Positions 38,600 through 47,046 of a stretch of 64,000 nucleotides of DNA are shown here, piece by piece (position 1 is the stretch's first letter; each line of letters opens with the position of its first letter). The stretch comes from a virus. Position numbers and translations under genes: made by a program. The stretch is taken from the IMG/VR virus record IMGVR_UViG_3300031949_000013, positions 1-64,000 of that record; one strand, written 5' to 3'. Below the pieces are notes generated by a model that was not told the origin of the DNA, searched no databases, and saw nothing but the letters and a program-made list of their open reading frames with translations.

Positions 38600-38632
38600 C
38601 GGCTCCTCAAACAGGAGGGCCGATAAAAGAAA
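38600..38632 (-). promoter_or_regulatory. Candidate late promoter TTTCTTTTAT plus SD-hiding hairpin
   Basis: Motif at 38623..38632; mRNA CGG-CC-CUCCU/AGGAG-CCG pairs with the SD of 38594. Confidence 0.55.
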
Positions 38633-38666
38633 CCCCACAAATGTCCGATTTGGCTGTCAGAGCCAG

Positions 38667-39308
38667 TCAAACACAGGCATCCCCACCCCGATTGCTCCAC
38701 TGAGGCAGTTTCACTTCCCGGAGAATGTTGAACTTCTTGGAAGCAATAGTCGAGAAGATTTTACGGTAGGGCATGTACTTCCCGTTCAGATCCGCCGCAT
38801 CCTCGATGACCTTTACGGCCTTGAAAAACCGGTGACGTACCCGGCCTTGTGTCAAGCCCAACTTCGAGGCGACTTCGGATTGGCAGGTGGTCTGCCACAT
38901 GCCAATTAGGATATCCACGTCGATCTGCTGGGGCAGGATCTCCGGGAGATCCGCTCGTAAGTCGTCCTCGGTGACCTCCGGGATGCTGAGCAAGAACTTG
39001 ATTCGCTGAAGACTACGATCCAGGCGGTAGCTGATGGCCGCCTGTGTAACCTCGAAGATGGCCGCGATGTCCGCCTGACGCTTCTTCAAGATGTAGTAGA
39101 GGTAGATGAGATCCGCCTCTCGTTCCGGGATACGATCCAACAGGGTTTCCACCCTGGCTTCGTATCCCTCTGGTAAGTCCCCCTCCTCATCGAATTCCTC
39201 ATACGCATCGACTGCCAGCTCATCGAGCTGAAAATCCAGGCCATCCTCTCCAGAGAAGCGATTGGCCAGTTCTGAGGGGTCTACTGGGATCACATACCCA
39301 ATACTCAT
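38667..39308 (-). CDS. Sigma-70 region-4-like protein with two HTH units
   Basis: LLDRIPEREADLIYLYY...RQADIAAIFEVTQAAISYRLDR and a second unit QSEVASKLGLTQGRVRHR; no recognisable region 2. Confidence 0.7.
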   Translation of the reverse strand: MSIGYVIPVDPSELANRFSGEDGLDFQLDELAVDAYEEFDEEGDLPEGYEARVETLLDRIPEREADLIYLYYILKKRQADIAAIFEVTQAAISYRLDRSLQRIKFLLSIPEVTEDDLRADLPEILPQQIDVDILIGMWQTTCQSEVASKLGLTQGRVRHRFFKAVKVIEDAADLNGKYMPYRKIFSTIASKKFNILREVKLPQWSNRGGDACV

Positions 39309-41149
39309 AGTGTCAATCCGGTGGCTATCTCCGAAGAACGCTCAAAGAACGTCTCCAGAATCGAGTTGGGGTTAATCTCGACCGCTCTCAAAAGAGCAGC
39401 TACTTCATCTGGATTTGAATCTGGATCGATCTTCGTGAATGGGACATCTCTCAAGGTCATCAGGTCCACGTTGATACGCACTTGGGGTTCGGCCGAACGG
39501 AGCCTCTCATACTGTACCTTGGTCAAACCGGTGAGGCCAGATCGATACAGAGCCTCTACCGTACCGTGAGCTTGAACCAGAGCCCTGAGAATCTTCTTTG
39601 GGACTCGGGGCACGCCCGGAAGGTTGTCCGAGCTATCCCCAGTGAGAGCCCGGAGCTGTACCATGTCCGTAGGCTTCACACCATAATGCTCTTCTACCGC
39701 TTCCGGGTCAAACAGCAACTCTTTTCTACTACCGATGGCTGGAATGAGGACGGAGACGTTCTCGGAGACGACCTGAAGGAAATCCCTGTCCGTGCCGAAA
39801 ATGACTGTTTTCTGGCTGGAAAGCTTCTTCCGAACGAGAGTTGCGATGACGTCATCAGCCTCCTCATTAGGGTTGAATACCTGGTAAACCCCAAGACAAG
39901 GCAAAATCTTCCGAAGATAGCCCATCTGATCGAAGATCGGAGTGCCGGCTCTCGAAGGACGATTGGCCTTATATTCCGGATACTTGTCCTTCCTACGACG
40001 CGATGAGCCATCCCAAGAAACATAGAGGGCGGATGTGTTGAATCTCTTCCGAAGCGCTCCCAGGCTCCGGAGAAAGCCTAGAATGACTCCCGTCGGGCGT
40101 CCTTGACTATCCGCAAGTTCGGACATCCCAGGGGCGTACAGGCACCGAAAGGCAAGGTTGTGACCATCGACGATGATGTTTTGAGGCATTTTTCCGGCTC
40201 CTGCTCTCCGACGAGTCGCCTTCTTCCGCAGCAACTCGTTCATCTCTGCTCTGATCTGTCTACCCCGTCCGAGGACATCCTCGAACCAAGCCAACTCCAG
40301 CATTCCGCTCTCGATGACCATCCCGATCGCGGGATCCTCGATCCGCTTGTCCGCTTTGATGAATCTGGAAGTCGGGGCAGCGGCCATCAGCCACCCGGAT
40401 AATCGCTCTATCTCGGCGACTCTGCTTGGGAAATTCCACTTTTCCAGAGGATGATCGAAGAATCGGATGAAGGAGTAGGTCCGACTCCCATGGGTGTTCC
40501 AGTGGTTGAGCTGCTTGAGGCCCTGGTAACTATGGAGCACTGTGTCAAAGCCATTCTGCCAGGAAAACACAGGGTCGCTGCCCTGGACCCAGACTCGAAG
40601 CTGACCCAGACGGGCTAGAAGCGGGGAGAGCGGGCTTCGGGTGCTGACCTGGAGGAACGACCTCGGAAGGGTGATGATGGTCTGCTTCGACCGAAGCTTA
40701 ATGTAGACCTGGACGGCATCCTGCTCCGGGATCTCCTCGATGACCATGGCCTCGATGTGCTTGAAGTGGCCAGAAGTGATGACCACTGTATCCCCGACAC
40801 CGATCCCCTGATTGACCTCCAGATCGATCTGGCTGCGAATCTGGTCGATATGAGCGTCGGGTACCGTGGCCAGGACTCGATACCGAGACCCGTTGGTCTT
40901 GGTCAACACCGTATGGACGAACCGAGTGCCCTCCAGTTTGAAGTAGGCGGTGTCCGGAAGGGTCTTTCGAATGAAAGCGTACCCCTCCATCAGATAGTGG
41001 ATGACGCGATCCCCACCTACTTGGGTCACGGCAGCCGGGATGAAAACTTCGCCCGGTTGTTTCAGCGATTGGAGGATGCCCGCCTTGAGAGCATCAGGGT
41101 CCTCCCCCTCGCTTTTCGGACTGAGTTCAAGGACAACCCACTCGCTCAT
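39305..41149 (-). CDS. NusG-like (NGN+KOW) domain fused to 5'-3' exonuclease/flap endonuclease
   Basis: N-terminus WVVL..EVFIP..LMEGYAFI..GDTVVITSGHF..V.E; C-terminus IVDGHNL, YKANR, EADDVIATL, DRDFLQ, GDSSDNLPGV; single uninterrupted ORF. Confidence 0.85.
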   Translation of the reverse strand: MSEWVVLELSPKSEGEDPDALKAGILQSLKQPGEVFIPAAVTQVGGDRVIHYLMEGYAFIRKTLPDTAYFKLEGTRFVHTVLTKTNGSRYRVLATVPDAHIDQIRSQIDLEVNQGIGVGDTVVITSGHFKHIEAMVIEEIPEQDAVQVYIKLRSKQTIITLPRSFLQVSTRSPLSPLLARLGQLRVWVQGSDPVFSWQNGFDTVLHSYQGLKQLNHWNTHGSRTYSFIRFFDHPLEKWNFPSRVAEIERLSGWLMAAAPTSRFIKADKRIEDPAIGMVIESGMLELAWFEDVLGRGRQIRAEMNELLRKKATRRRAGAGKMPQNIIVDGHNLAFRCLYAPGMSELADSQGRPTGVILGFLRSLGALRKRFNTSALYVSWDGSSRRRKDKYPEYKANRPSRAGTPIFDQMGYLRKILPCLGVYQVFNPNEEADDVIATLVRKKLSSQKTVIFGTDRDFLQVVSENVSVLIPAIGSRKELLFDPEAVEEHYGVKPTDMVQLRALTGDSSDNLPGVPRVPKKILRALVQAHGTVEALYRSGLTGLTKVQYERLRSAEPQVRINVDLMTLRDVPFTKIDPDSNPDEVAALLRAVEINPNSILETFFERSSEIATGLTL

Positions 41150-41158
41150 TTTGTAACA

Positions 41159-42544
41159 CTACCCCCGCCAGGATCGCTCGAAGGCTCGTTTCCAGTCGCC
41201 AGGCGGCAGCACCTTCTCCTCCTTCGAGGCTGTCACCACTCGCTTGTCCCCTTCCTCATGCCCCCTCGGGTGATCCTTGGGAACACCAAACTCGTCTACG
41301 GTTGTGAGAGCCATCGGGTCAGTTCCCAGATTTCCAGCTTTCCCATTGGTCACGGGAGGTGTTGGGGCAGGGACTTGAGGGGATGGTATTGGAGGGGGCG
41401 TAGGCTTGGATGCCGCGATTGGTATTGTTGGAGCTGATACTGGTGATACTGGGTTTGGAGAGGAATGTAGTTGCAATTGTGGGGTTTGGGCAACAGGAAT
41501 TTGTTGAGGAAGTTCCATCGTGGTGGTCAAGGCCACCACATCGCAGATGAGCCCTACCTTCGTTCGTGCCTGAGCAGATAGGAATTTGCGGGTATAACCG
41601 ACGATCGAGGGTCCGTATTTCTTGTACAGCTCCTCTGCCTTCGCCCTGTCCACATAGGTGAACTCGGCAAACATTTTGTTGGCGAGACGGTAGGTGTTCA
41701 TGGCCGCTTCGGCCAATCCAACCGAAACCTCCTCGGCACCCACCTGATCACAAGCGTCCTCGATCAAGGGGAGGGACTTCGTGGGGTCGTCGAGGGACAA
41801 CAGAATTTCGTAGTAGGTCGTGGTCAGTCCAAGCCCCAGATAGTCCCGAACGGCTTCAACCGAGACCACACCAGCCTGCGAAATCATCTCCAGCCGATTC
41901 ATGATGTCCCGAACATGCCCTCCAGAGCTGTCGATGACCGTGAACAAGGCATCTTCCTCGTATTCGACCTGTTCAGCTTGAAGGATTTGCTTCAATCTTT
42001 CGGCTATATGTTCCCGAGTTATCTTGCGAATCCGGTGCTCCTCACATCGTGAACGAATCGCCCCCCGGATCTTGTCCGGCTCGGTCGTGCAAAAAATGCC
42101 GACCATGTCCTTCTCCTCGATGGGCTTGAGGAGAACATCCTGGGCTGCATTGCTCATCCGATGAGCTTCGTCGAAGAGGTGGATTTGCTTGACGGCTCCC
42201 GGCACAACAAAAGGCAAATCATCCACGATCTGCCGGATGATGGCAACAGTCCCTTGACTGGCGGCATCCCGCTCATGAAAGGCCAAGGAGGTGTCGCTCA
42301 AGATCGCTTGACAGTTCTCGCACTTGTTGCAGGGCTCCTGATCATCGGTCAGATGCTCGCACAGCATTGCTCTGGCCAGAACACGAGCCAGGGTCGTCTT
42401 GCCCTGGCCGTGTCCTCCGGAGAAGATGTACGAGGAATCGAGAGCCGTGCCAAGGCGGATCCTGGTCTTCAAGACCTGGACGGCGCCTTCTTGCCCAAGC
42501 ACATCCGTGAAGTTCTTGGGCCTATAACGGATATCCCACATCAC
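41159..42544 (-). CDS. dnaX: DNA polymerase III gamma/tau clamp-loader ATPase
   Basis: RYRPKNF.DVLGQ, GGHGQGKTT, C..PCNKCENC, DEAH, IRSRC, G.VRD. Confidence 0.92.
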   Translation of the reverse strand: MMWDIRYRPKNFTDVLGQEGAVQVLKTRIRLGTALDSSYIFSGGHGQGKTTLARVLARAMLCEHLTDDQEPCNKCENCQAILSDTSLAFHERDAASQGTVAIIRQIVDDLPFVVPGAVKQIHLFDEAHRMSNAAQDVLLKPIEEKDMVGIFCTTEPDKIRGAIRSRCEEHRIRKITREHIAERLKQILQAEQVEYEEDALFTVIDSSGGHVRDIMNRLEMISQAGVVSVEAVRDYLGLGLTTTYYEILLSLDDPTKSLPLIEDACDQVGAEEVSVGLAEAAMNTYRLANKMFAEFTYVDRAKAEELYKKYGPSIVGYTRKFLSAQARTKVGLICDVVALTTTMELPQQIPVAQTPQLQLHSSPNPVSPVSAPTIPIAASKPTPPPIPSPQVPAPTPPVTNGKAGNLGTDPMALTTVDEFGVPKDHPRGHEEGDKRVVTASKEEKVLPPGDWKRAFERSWRG

Positions 42545-43053
42545 AGCTCAGATAGCAGGTCTTCGACGTTCTCGGTCTCGGTTTCTGCGGTCTCGACCCC
42601 GGCTTCCTCCCGGGCGATGGTGTCCACCTGGATTTCGTGAGCCACCGAAACGAAGCCGGTGAGCTGGTCATTCCAGGCTCCATGACGACGCAGGATACTG
42701 GCGAACTCCTGGACATCGGGCTCCCGGATCTTCCACGTCATCTCGCCAGACTTTTCGTCTTCCTCGCCCGTGCAGCGCTCCAGGAGATGATCAACAAGGG
42801 CTTGGCGAGCCTCGTTGCTCAGCTCCACCCACTTGTCTCCGGCGACTTCAATGACGAAGTCCAATTCTAAGAGGAATTCTAAGGGTCCAGAAATCTTCCG
42901 GGTCTTACCCAGAACATCGATCCCACCTTTGCTCGACGCCTTGTCCACGAAAATGAACCCGAGTCGAGCCGTAGCTAACTCCGGGTGGTAGTTTGCGATC
43001 AATCCTCCTGCGACGGCTCGGACGGACTCTGCTTCACTGTATACCTTAGGCAT
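42541..43053 (-). CDS. Phage metallopeptidase-like protein with degenerate active site
   Basis: DFVIE....W..L....RQALVDHLLERC...PDVQEF..I.RRHG.W; the family motif is normally HELxH. Confidence 0.6.
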   Translation of the reverse strand: MPKVYSEAESVRAVAGGLIANYHPELATARLGFIFVDKASSKGGIDVLGKTRKISGPLEFLLELDFVIEVAGDKWVELSNEARQALVDHLLERCTGEEDEKSGEMTWKIREPDVQEFASILRRHGAWNDQLTGFVSVAHEIQVDTIAREEAGVETAETETENVEDLLSEL

Positions 43054-43768
43054 GGCTCTTCCTCTCTATCGTGTAAGGGTCAACCTGCCGAAGCAGGTAG
43101 TCTCGAAAGCGGGCATCACCCCAGACTTCCCATAACTCGTTGGGGTCTTTCGTGTACTTGTTCTCGGCAATGCGAACTCTAGGGGGAGTCAAGATGCGGA
43201 CATCCAGGGAATCACCATAGTCTTTCTGGAAGTCCGAACAAGCCTGTCGTCCGTCACGGTCGTTGTCATAGACCAACCAAACCTGCTTCACAAAGCGCCG
43301 GACGAGCCGAGCCAAAGCCTCGCTAGTCCCAAGAGTAAGGGCTGCGAAAGTGTTCTCGAACACCCGCTGGACGGGGAAAACATCGAATGCCCCTTCTACC
43401 ATGAAGACTGTCTCTGTCTCCCACATTTTGGGAATGGCCTGGCCTAGCCCGAAGTACACCGACTCGTCCCGGTCGTGGTAGTACGTCAGGTAGCCCTTGA
43501 TCCCCTGGGAGATGTGCCGGAACTGGAGCCCTTTGATCTGGCCCAGGATATTCGTGAGGGGCAGCACAAAAACATCATCGAGTCGCTGGCCCCCATGAGA
43601 GAATTTGACGAACTCCTTGGGCACTCCTGCCGGGAGATTCCTGTTCAGACAACCCAAATGGTAGAAGTCAACCTGAGCATCAGAAACACCTCGTGCCCAG
43701 AGCGCCTCACGCTCTCGATTGCCCAACCGTGCATGGGCAATTTGGACGAAGTCATCTAACCAACTCAT
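43046..43768 (-). CDS. dnaG: DNA primase core (TOPRIM) lacking N-terminal Zn-binding domain
   Basis: L..RG, VEGAFD, YDNDRDG, KDPNE. Confidence 0.8.
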   Translation of the reverse strand: MSWLDDFVQIAHARLGNREREALWARGVSDAQVDFYHLGCLNRNLPAGVPKEFVKFSHGGQRLDDVFVLPLTNILGQIKGLQFRHISQGIKGYLTYYHDRDESVYFGLGQAIPKMWETETVFMVEGAFDVFPVQRVFENTFAALTLGTSEALARLVRRFVKQVWLVYDNDRDGRQACSDFQKDYGDSLDVRILTPPRVRIAENKYTKDPNELWEVWGDARFRDYLLRQVDPYTIERKSHA

Positions 43769-44369
43769 TGATGAGAATCACTGCCTGATGGATCCGCTGA
43801 AACACCAAGCCCACATGATCATCTATTCGGGTTGCGACGCCCACCAAGGTAGGGGCTGTTCCCAGAATCATCTGACCGGGAGGGAGATCGGAAAAGAAAA
43901 TCCGAATCCCATCCACTTCGGCCACATGACCTTGGGCTATGATGAGTTTGATGGCGTCATCCAGGGAAATCTCCCGACCGCAAACCTCGTGGAGAGTCAC
44001 GAAAGGCACGATCAACGTTCGAGGTAATAGGCCGAAGCTCTCCAGGCGATGCTTGGCTTGAGCTATGCTAGTACACCGATTGGCCCATCCGGAGATATCG
44101 GAAAGAGCCCACAGAGTCCGGTAAAATTCAGCTAGAAGGCGTGGCTCCTCGTCCAATGGACACTCGGAGAACCCGTACCGGAGTACCTTCTCCCGGGAGA
44201 CCACTGGCTGGACAAAGGATCTTCGGGCATTGGTCACCAGGAATGGGGCATCCTCAGGTTCAACCGGCCGCTCCAGATAGGCCGGGACTGCAAAGCCCCC
44301 GTCCCGGGCTGCCTTCCGTCGGGACCGCTCTGGAACCAGGAAGCCCTCAAAGGCCGAGGGAGTCATCAT
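43752..44369 (-). CDS. Hypothetical protein resembling the C-terminal half of the major capsid protein
   Basis: By-eye alignment to MCP A/P-domain segments (see findings). Confidence 0.5.
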   Translation of the reverse strand: MMTPSAFEGFLVPERSRRKAARDGGFAVPAYLERPVEPEDAPFLVTNARRSFVQPVVSREKVLRYGFSECPLDEEPRLLAEFYRTLWALSDISGWANRCTSIAQAKHRLESFGLLPRTLIVPFVTLHEVCGREISLDDAIKLIIAQGHVAEVDGIRIFFSDLPPGQMILGTAPTLVGVATRIDDHVGLVFQRIHQAVILINELVR

Positions 44370-44868
44370 TGGTGGACTCCGGAAGCTGTTTCATCGGATC
44401 CGTTCTGATTCTCAAAAACCAAAACCAGATGCGCTTCCACCAAGGAAGACTGACAGGATGGGACAAAGCCCAGAGCAATCCGTGGACCTCGGGGAGATTC
44501 GTTTGCAACCACCCAAGGTCATGCGTCTGGACCTCGAAGTCCCGTCGAAGGTCTTCCTTCGTGATCTTAGGGGTGTAGTAGGGACACCTCTGGGCATCGA
44601 TAGGATCTTCGCAGATGGTTCCGTTCCATTGCTCAACGTTCTCCATGCCCAACGTGCAGAGCCCGAGAGACTGCTGGACGATCGACAAAGAAATCCGGTT
44701 GTAGTTCTCGTTGGGCTCACCATCAACTCTCTTCCGGACATCCATTGGATGCCGGTAGTTGTGGGTGCATTGGTGAGGCAATCGTTGGGACGTCAACTGA
44801 ACTCGACGGTCCAGCTCCTTGGACAGCAGATACCGAACACGCCCTTGAAGATCCGAGGCTGGTCGCAT
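44347..44868 (-). CDS. Hypothetical Cys-containing protein
   Basis: 173 aa; CTHN..C..C..CPYY; amphipathic WWKRIWFWFL tail. Confidence 0.6.
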   Translation of the reverse strand: MRPASDLQGRVRYLLSKELDRRVQLTSQRLPHQCTHNYRHPMDVRKRVDGEPNENYNRISLSIVQQSLGLCTLGMENVEQWNGTICEDPIDAQRCPYYTPKITKEDLRRDFEVQTHDLGWLQTNLPEVHGLLWALSHPVSLPWWKRIWFWFLRIRTDPMKQLPESTNDDSLGL

Positions 44869-45548
44869 CAGGCGCTCCTCAATTCCAAATACCTAAAGCC
44901 CGCCTCTTCCACGACAACCTCCGAGCAACGATAAGCCCGATTAGCATGATCCAGGAACGACTGCTTATGGGTCACGAGCAGGACATCGATCTTCATAGAC
45001 TCCGCAAGCTGCTGGAGGAAGCTGCCGGTGGCGTCCACGTAGTCGTCGGAGACCGAAGCCAACGTCTCATCGAGCAACAACAACGGGCGACGCTTGAGCC
45101 GGAGCAGAGCCATCATGCGAAGGATCAGGTCGGCCACAGCCGAAGGTCCACCACCAAAGGAGTCCAGGGGTTTTCCCCGGATGGCCAACGGGTCATCGGC
45201 AGCCCCTTGACGAAACAGGAAGTCCACCGAGACCTTATTGTACTTTGGGGAGATTTCAGCCTCAAAGCCCAGACCCAGGTCGAAGAAGATCGTGTTGAGA
45301 CCTTCCGTGACTACTCCCTCGATAGTCCGCACCTGCTTGACCACGAGCTGATCGAGCAGAGCACGAAAGAGTTCACTCACCTTGGTGAGCTTCTCGACCC
45401 GCACCGTGAGCTGGCTGACCTCAGCTTCCTTGGCAGCCAGCTCAAAGGTCATCCTATCCCGAAGCGTGGCGATTCGAATGGACGACTCCTCCACTGCTCG
45501 AACGCGATGGATCAGGTCATCGATGGGATGAACCGAGTCACTTGACAT
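44868..45548 (-). CDS. SbcC/Rad50 C-terminal half (ABC signature, Walker B, H-loop)
   Basis: SFGGG signature, LLLLDE, VLLVTHK; no Walker A. Confidence 0.85.
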   Translation of the reverse strand: MSSDSVHPIDDLIHRVRAVEESSIRIATLRDRMTFELAAKEAEVSQLTVRVEKLTKVSELFRALLDQLVVKQVRTIEGVVTEGLNTIFFDLGLGFEAEISPKYNKVSVDFLFRQGAADDPLAIRGKPLDSFGGGPSAVADLILRMMALLRLKRRPLLLLDETLASVSDDYVDATGSFLQQLAESMKIDVLLVTHKQSFLDHANRAYRCSEVVVEEAGFRYLELRSA

Positions 45549-46753
45549 TTGATACCGCCTTCTGGACCCGGGAGTACCTTACCAGCGGGATCCATGTAGA
45601 ACGGGTCGATGACGCGGAAATAGTAGCTTTCCTTGCGCTTATCGGTGGCCGGAGCGATTCTAACTCCGATCGGAGTCTGCTTACAATCCAAAGAACTCAC
45701 CATCTCCAGGAAGTGCTTGATGCTGACGTTGGTAGCAAAGCTCCTCGTCTTGGCTTCCTCGGTCATCGGGATCACCGTGACGTAGGGACTCTTGACAGTG
45801 CCGGTGGGCTCCTGGAACAAGAACTGGAGCTGCCACTTATCGGGGGCCGCCTCGTAGATGATTCGAACACGCTCCTTGTTCTTGTCCCCCGCTTCAAGCG
45901 CTTCTTTCATGTACCGCAACTGCCGGATGAGGAAATCCGTATCGACGAGAAGCCGAATCGACTCCTCTGGGTAGTAGGCATACCTGGGATGATTCTTGGT
46001 GTGGTGCGTCCAGCCGAACATCTGACCCTTGGTGTTGGTCAGGAAGGTCCAGTTGTCTCCAGTTCGCAGGATCACAGAACCCTCGCTCTTGGAGAGGAAG
46101 CTGAGCACCTGGGGCAAGTGGTTACCGTGAAGAGCCAAGCCCTTACCCTTGAAGGCATCGCAGTAGAAGTACGAGCCCCGCCGACCGTCTGCGGCGAACA
46201 GAGTGCCGTCACCAGGCGCCCACTCGGGCTTGCTGGTGTCGAAAATCTGGATGGTCTTGAGGTACTCATCGACCTTCTGATTGTCGAGAGACACCAGGCT
46301 GCCCCTGACAGTCTCGATGGCCCGCTTGAGCAAAGCGGCCGGCATCTCAATGTCCGACTCCGAGGGCTCGGGATCCTCGACAGGTCGGATTGCCTGAGAG
46401 TCAAAAGACGGACGCTCGCACACGTTCCCCGAGGCAGTCTCATAGTTCACGTAGAAACTGCCCTCTCGTTCCCCTGCCTCGAAGTTGAGGATCTCCTCGG
46501 GAGCGACGTGCTTGAAAACGTTGCTGAAGGCTCCAGGATAGATAAAGGTCCCCTCACCCTCGACGTTCGTAATCGCCAGGACCGCTCGGGCGATGTGTGT
46601 CTTGTCCTGGGAGTAGACGTAGCAGCTCTGGTCCCCACGGATGACAAACAAGTAGCCTGCCCCGCCTTGTTTCGTGACTTCCTGGGGAGGGACAATCCCC
46701 ACAACATCGAGGGCCTGAACGATGTCAGACGCCTGAACACTGAACTTGATCAT
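45512..46753 (-). CDS. dnaN: DNA polymerase III beta sliding clamp
   Basis: MIKFSV...L..V, EGEG, AALLKRAIETV, LFAADGRR, YP, three-domain length; clamp loader genes nearby. Confidence 0.75.
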   Translation of the reverse strand: MIKFSVQASDIVQALDVVGIVPPQEVTKQGGAGYLFVIRGDQSCYVYSQDKTHIARAVLAITNVEGEGTFIYPGAFSNVFKHVAPEEILNFEAGEREGSFYVNYETASGNVCERPSFDSQAIRPVEDPEPSESDIEMPAALLKRAIETVRGSLVSLDNQKVDEYLKTIQIFDTSKPEWAPGDGTLFAADGRRGSYFYCDAFKGKGLALHGNHLPQVLSFLSKSEGSVILRTGDNWTFLTNTKGQMFGWTHHTKNHPRYAYYPEESIRLLVDTDFLIRQLRYMKEALEAGDKNKERVRIIYEAAPDKWQLQFLFQEPTGTVKSPYVTVIPMTEEAKTRSFATNVSIKHFLEMVSSLDCKQTPIGVRIAPATDKRKESYYFRVIDPFYMDPAGKVLPGPEGGIKCQVTRFIPSMT

Positions 46754-46762
46754 GTTTGAACC

Positions 46763-47038
46763 TCAATCCTTTTTCTCGAATTTCGCCAGGGCTTGCTCGA
46801 CCTCAGCTAAGTCCTTCTCGAAGGAGGCAATGGCTGCCTCGACTTCAACCTTCTTCTGATTGCGTTCCTCGACGAGCTTCTTCGGGTCATACCCTGCCGC
46901 CCGGATCTCCTTGATCAGGCGATCCAACTCTTCCCGCTTGGCTTGTAACTGACCCTTCAGAGTTGCTTTCTTTGACCGCACTTCTTGAGTCCTCCGGGAG
47001 AGTTCATCGATCTTCTTTTTCATCTGCTCTGGAGTCAT
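46763..47038 (-). CDS. Small all-coiled-coil protein
   Basis: Start MTPEQ (47038); two heptad helices around a GYDP turn. Confidence 0.7.
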   Translation of the reverse strand: MTPEQMKKKIDELSRRTQEVRSKKATLKGQLQAKREELDRLIKEIRAAGYDPKKLVEERNQKKVEVEAAIASFEKDLAEVEQALAKFEKKD

Positions 47039-47046
47039 GACTGCAC

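Noticed and set aside
41159-42544. E. coli-type -1 frameshift in dnaX
   Set aside because: No A AAA AAG heptamer with a downstream stem was seen on the coding strand.
45542-46759. 405-aa plus-strand ORF (and other long plus-strand ORFs such as 11291..12136, 13181..14017, 17955..18758, 44745..45545)
   Set aside because: Antisense shadows of well-supported minus-strand genes; expected from GC-rich codon bias; no recognisable motifs.
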